From contig JACRKZ010000022.1 in NCBI GenBank assembly GCA_016235455.1, positions 1-14,960 of the forward strand: a stretch of 14,960 bases of DNA, given 5' to 3'. The notes beneath the pieces were generated by a model that searched no databases, was not told where the DNA came from, and worked only from the letters and a program-made list of their open reading frames with translations. A program made the translations under genes and the position numbers. The stretch comes from Armatimonadota bacterium (GTDB lineage: Bacteria; Armatimonadota; UBA10988). Of this stretch, positions 1 to 7,206 are shown piece by piece (within the stretch, counting starts at the first letter, position 1; each line of letters begins with the position of its first letter).

Positions 1-2439
1 CCAACGCTCCTGCTGGTCGCCGTCCATCTGCTGGAGCGCCAGCGTCTGCTTGGCTATGTCCGTCAGTGCAGCCGGTCTGTCATCCTCGATCCGCTCTAGC
101 TCAGCCGCAACGAACCAACAGAAAGCCGCGAAATCGCCAGCGGCGCCAGCGGCCTCGAAGACCGCGTCCTGGTCGTTGCGGATGCGGTCTTCGAGTTCCT
201 CAAGCGCCGCCATTGCGGCGGTGCCCGCGAGCGACGAAAGCACCTCGTTGCCCGCTGCCCGGAGCTCGTTGTGCGGCACGACCTCCTTGCTGTGATGGGC
301 CAGGACCGCTACCCCCTCAGTCTCGCGCATCGCCCGGCCAGCTCTGCCAAACGCATTGAGCAGCTTGGCGCTGTCGACAACCCGTTTGCATTCATCCCCA
401 TGCCGCACGTCGCGACTCGCGACAAACACGCTCTGTACACCCAGGTTCACGCCATCAGTGACAGTGGTTGTGGCGACAACGCAACGCAGCAGGCCGTGGC
501 GCACTGCTCTCTCTACGGCAGCGCGGACGTCATCGGGCAGCGCGCCGGTATGCACAGCTACGCCCGACTGGAGGTAGGTCGCCAGCGAGTGCTGCGTACC
601 AAGGCGGCGATGCACCAACGTCAGCAGATGGTCGAGCCGCTCCAGTGAGTCAGGCGGCGGCAAGTGCAGGCTGATTTCGCGGGCAAGACGGTCCGCCTCA
701 TCTCTTGTCGCGGCAATAACGAGCAACGGCGGCGCCACCGTAGCTAGAGTGGCAGCGATGTAGGCGTTTGTCTTGTAGAGCTGTGTCGAGCCGCCGAGCT
801 TACGCCAGTCCGATGGGCCTGGCTTGGCTTTCGTCGCTGCCTGGTCAAGGACGCCGATTGCCTTCGTTGTCCGGCGGTAGCTGCCAGGCGTGGCCGTTGG
901 CCGCAAGGCTCCGTAGAGCGGCACGCGTCGGCGCCGGAAACCACTGCGTCCCGGAGCCAGCTCCTCGGCGGCGTCCCACTCAGGCTCAGTGGAGTAGAGG
1001 CAGGTCAATCGTCGAGGACCGCGCCAGTCGCTGTGGCGCTCAGTCGCTGGAGCGCCATCTAGCGCCAGCCATTGCGCGAAGTGGGTGCGGTTCCCGATCG
1101 CCGCCGATATCAGCAGGATGCGGCTTGGCTGGTCTTTCAGCCGGAAATGGAGATAGGAGACGGCAGCCTCCAACGTCCAGCCTCGATGCTCATCAGCGAC
1201 ATGGTGCGCTTCATCAAAGACGAACATGCCGAACCGCGACACCACCTCGTCGGCGTTGGTGCGGAGCAGGGCGGCCAAGCGCTCAGGCGTCATCACCTCC
1301 ACTTCGGCGCGCGAATCCACGTCCTCAGCGACGCTGCCCCAGTCGGGCCTTTCTGGTGCGACGTGCTTGTTCAAAGGTCGTAGTCTGCGCCCCAGATCGG
1401 CGCGTATCTCAGCGCAGAGGCTCCGCGATGTAGCCACATAGCAGACACCGGTTGACTCGGACACAAGGTGCGTGGCCACGGCAATCTGTGCCAAGGCCGT
1501 CTTGCCAGCGCTGGTTGGCATAGTCAGCACCATGCGGCGAGCGTCGCTGTCGAGTAAGCCTGGTGCCCCTGCCCCGGTGGGCGCCAGGAACGCTAGTTGT
1601 GGTGGCCATAGCGTCACCACGCGTGGTGGCACATGTGCTAGCGCTCGACGGACCCAGGCCGGCACCTGAGGCGGCAGCACGGTCCAGATCGAACTAGCCA
1701 CCAGTTGGTCGGAGATCCGCCGCAGATGCCACGCCACCCAGCGAGAGGAGTGGTCCGCCGTAGCACCTGGGGCGCGAAGCGCGGCGTCAAAGCAACGTCT
1801 TGCATCTCCCATCCCCTCGCCATCGGTCAGGAATCGCAGACAGTGGTGGATCCCTTCGACGCAGTGCGCGGCAGCTGCGAACTGCGTTCGATCGATATCG
1901 TCGACGTCCCAACGTGTAGGCAGTCCGCTAGCCTGGGTGACGGCGCTGCGCAGGTGTCGGGCCAGGAAGTCAGTGTCCATGCCCAGGAGCGCGATGCCGA
2001 AGTCGAGGCAGATGCGGTCAAGATCGCTGATGATGTCGTAATGCGCTGGCTCCGGCCTGGCTGCCCGTCTACTCAAGGCTACGGCGTTAGGATCGGCGCC
2101 AGAGCCTAGCGCACACACCTGGGCTGCGAACGTGTAGCACGCCCGATCCATCCAAGGCCGGTCTTGGCTGCGCAGCGCTAAGTCAAGGATGTGTCCAGCG
2201 ACGGCAAAGGCTGCTCGCTGGCGGGCAACGCCATACCGTTCGGTAGCCTCGGCGCTCGAAGCAACTGCCAGCAGTAGCCAGCCGGTGTTCTCCAGAGCCG
2301 CGTCGGCCCCATCGATGTCGCCAAAGAGCAGGCCAAGCTCAGCAGAGGCAATCCGATCAGCCAGCTCCGTTGGGTCCGGCCAGCCTGGGCCATCGCCAAG
2401 GGCAGTCTGGAGCAGTGCCCGAGCTAGAGCCCTTTCCAT
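1..2439 (-). CDS. Ski2-like SF2 DEAH-box helicase, Hachiman HamB-like; 3' end truncated by the left window edge (813 codons visible)
   Basis: Manual translation gives an uninterrupted frame from ATG 2439 (MERALARALLQTALGDG..., AAGGA upstream) to position 1. Motifs: Q motif LWPPQ (1597-1611), Walker A MPTSAGKT (1498-1521), Ia YVATSRSLCAE, Ib VMTPERL, II FVFDEAHH (DEAH 1204-1215) followed by Ski2-type RGWTLE, III ISAA, IV LLVIAATRDEA, GVAVHTG, V VATTTVTDGVNL, VI NAFGRAGR (334-357). About 275 aa of N-terminal extension precede the Q motif. Overlaps the upstream nuclease ORF by 16 nt. Confidence 0.9.
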   Translation of the reverse strand, partial: MERALARALLQTALGDGPGWPDPTELADRIASAELGLLFGDIDGADAALENTGWLLLAVASSAEATERYGVARQRAAFAVAGHILDLALRSQDRPWMDRACYTFAAQVCALGSGADPNAVALSRRAARPEPAHYDIISDLDRICLDFGIALLGMDTDFLARHLRSAVTQASGLPTRWDVDDIDRTQFAAAAHCVEGIHHCLRFLTDGEGMGDARRCFDAALRAPGATADHSSRWVAWHLRRISDQLVASSIWTVLPPQVPAWVRRALAHVPPRVVTLWPPQLAFLAPTGAGAPGLLDSDARRMVLTMPTSAGKTALAQIAVATHLVSESTGVCYVATSRSLCAEIRADLGRRLRPLNKHVAPERPDWGSVAEDVDSRAEVEVMTPERLAALLRTNADEVVSRFGMFVFDEAHHVADEHRGWTLEAAVSYLHFRLKDQPSRILLISAAIGNRTHFAQWLALDGAPATERHSDWRGPRRLTCLYSTEPEWDAAEELAPGRSGFRRRRVPLYGALRPTATPGSYRRTTKAIGVLDQAATKAKPGPSDWRKLGGSTQLYKTNAYIAATLATVAPPLLVIAATRDEADRLAREISLHLPPPDSLERLDHLLTLVHRRLGTQHSLATYLQSGVAVHTGALPDDVRAAVERAVRHGLLRCVVATTTVTDGVNLGVQSVFVASRDVRHGDECKRVVDSAKLLNAFGRAGRAMRETEGVAVLAHHSKEVVPHNELRAAGNEVLSSLAGTAAMAALEELEDRIRNDQDAVFEAAGAAGDFAAFCWFVAAELERIEDDRPAALTDIAKQTLALQQMDGDQQERW

Positions 2440-3305
2440 AGCTCTTCCTTCACAGCCGTTGCGAAACAGCCCACTGAGTCGATGCCAGAGAGCACGGCGC
2501 GGAACTGGACCGGCCCCGTCATCCAAGGGAGGTGCTTGGACCAAGAGTCGAACGCCGCCGCGGTCGCCGTCGTAGCATGGGACATTGGCCCCACCACCAC
2601 GGCCCCGGCACCGGCCTGCTCGCTTCTGTTGGCCCACAGCTCTGGTGCACTCATGAACAGGTCCGCTGCCCCTGTGTGGCCGATCTGCGGTCGGTCCTGC
2701 ACCAGGCTGGCCAAGTAGCGCCCGCCGTTCTCGGCCAACTGACGGCAGGCCTCGGCTGCTGATCCAGCCAAGTCCGCAGTGTCGGTTGCCTTGCTTTCCC
2801 ACAGCCTGAACGAGTGCTGTGCAATGCCCGTCTCGAACACAACGAAGCCGTCGGCACCGTGGTCAGTAGGGTCCAGCTTTGGCCGGCGCGCGTATGTGGG
2901 TGACGTATCTACCGTTCCGACGATGCAGAGGAAGTAAAGGAGGTTCTCAGCTACGAGCCCCTTTAGGTGTTTGGCCGAGTCGGTCCTGAATCCCGTCATG
3001 ATATGGTCGGAGATAAGGTTCTGGTCCCCCTGTGTGCGCGTCGGTGAGCTGCCATCGGCCTTCTCTCGCCAGCTCGAGTAGTGTCTTGGCAGGTGCTCCA
3101 GGCGGAGTGCTGCAATCCCATCAGCGACGCGCGAAGCCAGTTCCGCGCGGGCCGCCGTTGGCGCAATGCACCGCCCGATTGGCGGCGCATTGCTGAGGAC
3201 GTCGCGTTGTAGTAGCCGCACGATTTGGACAGCTTTGCCGATTAAGTCTGGCGAAGCGAACGTGCATTGTGAATGGCGAGTCTGCATGTTACGCATCCAG
3301 GACAC
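2424..3305 (-). CDS. PD-(D/E)xK-family nuclease, Hachiman HamA (DUF1837)-like
   Basis: ~290-aa ORF with the pattern GLVAENLLY...PK...DHGADG (2847-2864)...LWESK (2790-2801). This resembles the E...D...ExK catalytic layout of HamA. It is translationally coupled to the helicase. Start uncertain: GTG 3305, ATG 3296 or ATG 3287. Confidence 0.7.
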   Translation of the reverse strand: MSWMRNMQTRHSQCTFASPDLIGKAVQIVRLLQRDVLSNAPPIGRCIAPTAARAELASRVADGIAALRLEHLPRHYSSWREKADGSSPTRTQGDQNLISDHIMTGFRTDSAKHLKGLVAENLLYFLCIVGTVDTSPTYARRPKLDPTDHGADGFVVFETGIAQHSFRLWESKATDTADLAGSAAEACRQLAENGGRYLASLVQDRPQIGHTGAADLFMSAPELWANRSEQAGAGAVVVGPMSHATTATAAAFDSWSKHLPWMTGPVQFRAVLSGIDSVGCFATAVKEELWKGL

Positions 3306-3309
3306 TCAG

Positions 3310-3315
3310 ATTGTA
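3310..3315 (-). promoter_or_regulatory. Possible -10 element (TACAAT) for the nuclease-helicase operon
   Basis: TACAAT on the minus strand just upstream of the candidate starts, conspicuous in GC-rich DNA. No convincing -35. Confidence 0.3.
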
Positions 3316-3410
3316 CTACGTTGTTCAGTGTGCGGAGTACCGGTGCCAACGGCCGCTCCGCGGAATCCTGCATCTCCATGCGCCATACTACCCAGAGAAG
3401 GAGCCCGGCC

Positions 3411-4250
3411 ATGTCCATCCGCGTCCGCCTGTCCGCCGTCGTCACGCTGTTGCCCAGCGCTGCGCTGTTGCTCGTCGCGCTGCCCGCGATGGCCCAGCCT
3501 GCCTCGCTCATGCCCGACAAGCCGTCCGCCGCCGCCTTGCGTGCCGAGGTGGAGACGCTGGCCTGGCTCGGGTCGATCGGCTTGTCGCCGGCCGAGGCCA
3601 AGAGCTGGATCACCGCGTTGGACGGCGTGCCGGCGCTGCTGGCCAACATCGAGTCGCAGGAGAACGCGCCCGAGGTCATCGCCGCGCTGACGGCCCTGCG
3701 CACCAAGGCGCTGGCTGGCGAGCCGGTCACCGACGAAGACTGGGCCACCGTGGAGGAGGCGCGCTGCCGCGTCGTGGCCGCGCGCGCGCTGGACGAGCCC
3801 GAGGCGCGTCGCCAGCAGGCCCTGCTGCCGCTGACCACGAAGCTGACGGTCGACCTGTCGCGCCCGCAGCAGCTGGTTCTGGCCGACAACGAAGTGCTGG
3901 AAATGACCAACCACTTCATGGGTGTCATCGTCGAGGGCCAGCGTGAGACCACCGACGACTGGCGCCAGCAGGTCAAGGAGATGCTCGACTCCGTCGCCCA
4001 GCGCTACGAGGCTAAGGGCGAGGCCGTGGCCAAGAAGGTTGGCGAACTGATCGAAGCCGGCCGAGCCATCAAGGCCGAGCAGTGGGCCAAGGAGCGCGTG
4101 ACACTGCGCGACGAGCTCGTCACCGCCCTGGGTGTGAACCACGAGGCCCGCGAACTGGCGCAGGAGGCCGCCGCCGGCCTGGCGCGCGCGGTCATCGAAC
4201 GGCCGCAATTGCCGGCCATGCTCAAGCTGTGGGCCGCGGCGCCGCGCTGA
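3411..4250 (+). CDS. Hypothetical exported, probably alpha-helical protein (279 aa)
   Basis: ATG 3411 preceded by AGAAGGAG. Sec signal peptide MSIRVRLSAVVTLLPSAALLLVALPAMA|Q. Strong G/C third-position codon bias. No recognisable catalytic motif. Confidence 0.8.
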   Translation: MSIRVRLSAVVTLLPSAALLLVALPAMAQPASLMPDKPSAAALRAEVETLAWLGSIGLSPAEAKSWITALDGVPALLANIESQENAPEVIAALTALRTKALAGEPVTDEDWATVEEARCRVVAARALDEPEARRQQALLPLTTKLTVDLSRPQQLVLADNEVLEMTNHFMGVIVEGQRETTDDWRQQVKEMLDSVAQRYEAKGEAVAKKVGELIEAGRAIKAEQWAKERVTLRDELVTALGVNHEARELAQEAAAGLARAVIERPQLPAMLKLWAAAPR

Positions 4251-4252
4251 GC

Positions 4253-4280
4253 GGCGTCGGGCGTGAGGCGTGAGGCGTCG
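4253..4280. repeat. Heptamer tandem repeat, 4 x GGCGT(CG/GA)
   Basis: GGCGTCG-GGCGTGA-GGCGTGA-GGCGTCG directly after the stop codon at 4250. Confidence 0.7.
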
Positions 4281-4330
4281 GGGCCATCTGGTCGCCGCTC
4301 TCGCTTGCGCCCAGTCCCACGGCTCTGCCC

Positions 4331-4359
4331 TTGACGTCGCACCCTCTCCGTAGCATCAT
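4331..4359 (+). promoter_or_regulatory. Sigma70-type promoter of the nik operon
   Basis: TTGACG (4331-4336), 17-nt spacer, CATCAT (4354-4359), about 30 nt upstream of GTG 4388. Confidence 0.55.
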
Positions 4360-4377
4360 TGCGGGCAATCGTGCTAC
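4350..4377. promoter_or_regulatory. NikR-type operator GTAGCA-N16-TGCTAC, embedded in a 46-bp palindrome (4341-4386)
   Basis: Perfect inverted half-sites 4350-4355 and 4372-4377 separated by exactly 16 bp, the architecture of the E. coli NikR box GTATGA-N16-TCATAC. It overlaps the -10 of a NikM-type transporter operon. Confidence 0.7.
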
Positions 4378-4387
4378 GGAGAGGGTC

Positions 4388-5335
4388 GTGCATCTGCCGG
4401 ACGGGTTCTTGAGCGCCTCGGTGAGCGGAGCGATGTACCTGGCCAGCGGCAGTGCCGTGGCGGTGGCGCTGCGGCGGGCCGAGGCGGACGGCGACGGCGC
4501 CGACCCGGGCGAGCGCGGCCGGTCGACGGTGATGATGGGTATTGTCGCCGCGTTCCTGTTCGTCGCGCAGATGATCAACTTCCCCGTGACCGGCGGCACC
4601 AGCGGCCATCTGCTGGGCGCTGCCCTGGCCACAGCGCTGCTCGGACCGTGGCGGGCCATGCTGGTCATGGCCGTGGTGGTCGGGCTGCAGGCCTTCATCT
4701 TTGCCGACGGCGGCATTGCCGTGCTGGGCGCCAATCTGTTCAACATGGGTGTCGCCGGCTGTCTGGCGAGCGGGCTGGTCCTGAGCCTGGCGGGCGCCGA
4801 CCATCGTCGCCGCCGGCTGGCCCTGGCCGCCGCGGCGTGGCTGAGTGTCCTGCTCGGCGCGGGGCTCACGGCGCTGGAGATCGGGCTTTCGGGCCGTGTG
4901 CCGCTGGCGGTGGTGCTGCCGGCCATGCTGTCGGTCCACGCGGTCATCGGGCTGGGCGAGGCGTTGGTGTCGGTGGCGGCCTGGTCGCTGCTGGTCGGCG
5001 CGCGGCCCGACCTGGCCACGGCCAGTCGCGAGCCGGGCGGTGAGCCGTGGCGGCTGGCGCTGGTGTTGGCGCTGGGCCTGGCCCTGGTGCCGCTGGCCAG
5101 TTCGCTGCCCGACGGGCTGGAGTCCGTGGCCGAGCGCCAGGGCTTCGCACAGGCGGCCGCGCCGGCTCGGCCGGCGCCATTGGCGGACTACGCGTTGCCC
5201 GGCCGCCGCGTCACGGGGTTCGACGCGCTGGGTACGTACCTGTCCGCCGGCGTGGGCATGGTGGGCTGCGCGGGGCTGATGCTGCTGGTGGGCGCGGTGC
5301 GCCGTCGCCGCCCGGCCGAGGCAGCGGGCTCGTGA
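4388..5335 (+). CDS. nikMN: ECF Ni2+/Co2+ transporter substrate component, NikM(CbiM)-NikN (PDGLE) fusion, 315 aa
   Basis: GTG 4388 after GGAGAGG gives the N-terminus MHLPDGFL (NikM-type MH(I/L)PDG, not CbiM MHIMEG). Contains QMINFPVTGGTSGHLLG, QAFIFADGGIAVLGANLFNMG and a C-terminal ASSLPDGLE (PDGLE) domain. Confidence 0.9.
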   Translation: MHLPDGFLSASVSGAMYLASGSAVAVALRRAEADGDGADPGERGRSTVMMGIVAAFLFVAQMINFPVTGGTSGHLLGAALATALLGPWRAMLVMAVVVGLQAFIFADGGIAVLGANLFNMGVAGCLASGLVLSLAGADHRRRRLALAAAAWLSVLLGAGLTALEIGLSGRVPLAVVLPAMLSVHAVIGLGEALVSVAAWSLLVGARPDLATASREPGGEPWRLALVLALGLALVPLASSLPDGLESVAERQGFAQAAAPARPAPLADYALPGRRVTGFDALGTYLSAGVGMVGCAGLMLLVGAVRRRRPAEAAGS

Positions 5336-6123
5336 CCAACACCGTGTGGCTGCTGTTGGGTGCCGGGCTGGTGGCCGCGGCGGCGGGGCTGAGCTTCTCG
5401 CGATCGTTCTTCTCGGGCCATGCCGGGCTGGGCGTGCTCGAGCCTATCGACCGCGACGGTCCGCTGCACCGTCTGCCCGCGCGCATCAAGTTGTTGGCGG
5501 TGATCACGCTGGCGCTGCTGAGCGCGTTCATCCCGGCGGGCCGGTTGGCGGTGCCGGCGTTGCTCGTGTTGGGCGCGGTGCTGGCCGCGCGCGTGCCGCT
5601 GGGCCGCTTCCTGGGCCGGCTGGGCGAGCTGGTGCCGTTCGTGCTGCTGGCCGTGCTGGGCGTGGCGCTGCGCGGCGACACGGCGTTGCTGGCGGTGACG
5701 CTCGGCCGCGCGGTGATGACCGTGATGGCGCTGACGCTGCTGGTCACCACGACCAGCGTGCCGGCGCTGGTGCAGGCCGCGCGGCAACTGGGTCTGCCGG
5801 ACCTGTTGGGCACGACGCTGGCGCTGGCGCTGCGCTATCTGAGCCTGTTGTGCGACGAAGGCAGCCGCCTGTCGCTGGCTTTCCAGGCTCGTGCCGTGGG
5901 TCCGCGCGACCTGCGACTGGCGCGGCCCCTGGGCCGCATGGTGGGCTCGCTGGCGGTGCGCAGCCTGGAGCGCGGCGAGCGCGTCCACCAGGCCATGCTG
6001 GCGCGCGGTTTCGACGGGCATCTGCCCTCGCTGTCGGCCGATGTACCGGCGCGCTGGCGTCACTGGGTGGGACTGGCGGCGTGGGTCGCCGCGTTGGGAG
6101 CGGCCGCATGGCCCAACTGGTGA
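5332..6123 (+). CDS. nikQ: ECF transporter transmembrane T component (NikQ/CbiQ), 263 aa
   Basis: GTGA overlap with the upstream stop. Contains LHRLPARIKL, LALRYL, QARA and RSLERGERVHQAMLARGFDG (Ala-Arg-Gly motifs of EcfT/CbiQ). Multiple TM segments. Confidence 0.88.
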   Translation: MTNTVWLLLGAGLVAAAAGLSFSRSFFSGHAGLGVLEPIDRDGPLHRLPARIKLLAVITLALLSAFIPAGRLAVPALLVLGAVLAARVPLGRFLGRLGELVPFVLLAVLGVALRGDTALLAVTLGRAVMTVMALTLLVTTTSVPALVQAARQLGLPDLLGTTLALALRYLSLLCDEGSRLSLAFQARAVGPRDLRLARPLGRMVGSLAVRSLERGERVHQAMLARGFDGHLPSLSADVPARWRHWVGLAAWVAALGAAAWPNW

Positions 6124-6824
6124 TCGACGCTCTGAGCTACAGCTATCCTGACGGCACGGCCGCGCTGGACGGTGTGAGTTTGACCCTCGAGCCGGGCGAA
6201 CGCGTCGGCCTGGTGGGTCCCAACGGTGCGGGCAAGTCGACGCTGCTGCTCCATGCGGTGGGCCTGCTGCCGGGCCGCGGCCGCGTGACGGTGGCGGGCC
6301 TGGATCCTGACCGCCACCCGCGCGAGGCGCGTAAGCAGGTGGGCCTGCTGTTCCAGGATCCCGACGACCAGTTGTTCATGCCCACCGTGGCTGAGGACGT
6401 GGCCTTCGGCCCGCTCAATCTGGGCCTGACGCGCGAGCAGACGCTGGCGCGCGTGGCGGAGTCGCTGGCCGCGGTGGGCCTGAGCGGACTGGGCCACAAG
6501 CTGCCCCAGCACCTGAGCCTGGGTCAGCGGCGGCGCGCGGCGCTGGCCACGGTGCTGGCCATGGGCTGCCGCACGCTGGTGCTCGACGAGCCCACGGCCA
6601 ACCTCGACCCGCGCGGCCGGCGCGAGTTGCTGGCACTGCTGACCGGGCTGGAAAGCACGCTGCTGGTGGCCACCCACGACCTCGACGCGGTGCTCGACCT
6701 GTGCCCGCGCACGGTGCTGCTCAGCGGCGGCCGCATCGTCGCCGACGGCCCGACGGAGACGCTGCTGAGCGACGCGGCGCTGATGGACGAGCACGGGCTG
6801 GAGGTGCCCTGGCGGCTGGCGTGA
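6108..6824 (+). CDS. nikO: ECF transporter ATPase (NikO/CbiO), 238 aa
   Basis: ATG 6108 after GGGAG. Walker A GPNGAGKST, Q-loop FQDPDDQLF, signature LSLGQRRR, Walker B LVLDEP, H-loop ATHD. Confidence 0.93.
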   Translation: MAQLVIDALSYSYPDGTAALDGVSLTLEPGERVGLVGPNGAGKSTLLLHAVGLLPGRGRVTVAGLDPDRHPREARKQVGLLFQDPDDQLFMPTVAEDVAFGPLNLGLTREQTLARVAESLAAVGLSGLGHKLPQHLSLGQRRRAALATVLAMGCRTLVLDEPTANLDPRGRRELLALLTGLESTLLVATHDLDAVLDLCPRTVLLSGGRIVADGPTETLLSDAALMDEHGLEVPWRLA

Positions 6825-6873
6825 GGGCCAGGCCGTCGGGTGCGCCGGCGATCCATGCGGAGCATAATGAGGC

Positions 6874-7206
6874 GTGGAGAGCATGATGGTTGACTGGGAC
6901 ACGCTGCTTCAGCCGGCGGCGTTGGGGCTGGCCAATTCGGTCGCTAGCATCGCGACGACCGAACGCCTAGACCTGTCCAACGTGCCGTACGTAGAGGCCA
7001 CGGTCGTGCTGCCCGCGGGCATCACCGACGACCGGCTCAACTGGGATCTGGTTGCGCCCATCCACGCCAAGGTGTGGGATTGCATCGCTGCGCATATCGA
7101 GGCCGGCTACCCGCATGTGACGTTCATCACGCTCGAGGACTACCAGGCCGCTCAACGTGGCGACTTCTACGACGAGGCCGCCGAGGGTCGCGATGCCGCT
7201 GCCTGA
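6874..7206 (+). CDS. Small acidic protein, possibly a degenerate minimal nucleotidyltransferase (MNT)-like antitoxin partner of the HEPN gene
   Basis: ~106-110 aa (GTG 6874, or ATG 6883/6886 after GGAG). CATAAT at 6863-6868 suggests its own promoter. Overlaps the HEPN start by 14 nt. The YPHVTFITLEDY tail resembles MNT C-termini, but there is no GS/DxD catalytic motif. Confidence 0.5.
   Translation: MESMMVDWDTLLQPAALGLANSVASIATTERLDLSNVPYVEATVVLPAGITDDRLNWDLVAPIHAKVWDCIAAHIEAGYPHVTFITLEDYQAAQRGDFYDEAAEGRDAAA

Noticed and set aside
50-2575. Many plus-strand and short minus-strand ORFs in the track (e.g. 271-648, 768-1433, 1705-2109)
   Set aside because: They are shadows of the continuous minus-strand helicase frame, which carries all SF2 motifs.
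3273-3410. N-terminal extension of the 3273-4250 ORF
   Set aside because: It overlaps the divergent nuclease start. The SD and signal peptide point to ATG 3411.
4251-4387. Cobalamin or NiCo riboswitch upstream of the CbiM-family gene
   Set aside because: The region is short, no B12-box or multi-stem junction is recognisable, and a promoter plus NikR-type operator explains it.
4331-4387. TTG start at 4331 for the NikM ORF
   Set aside because: The family needs a free Met-His N-terminus and there is no signal peptide in the extension. This TTG is the -35 element.
5047-6107. Long N-terminal extensions of the nikQ (from 5047) and nikO (from 5346) ORFs
   Set aside because: These are stop-poor GC-rich alternative frames overlapping real upstream genes. 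Coupled starts at 5332 and 6108 fit better.
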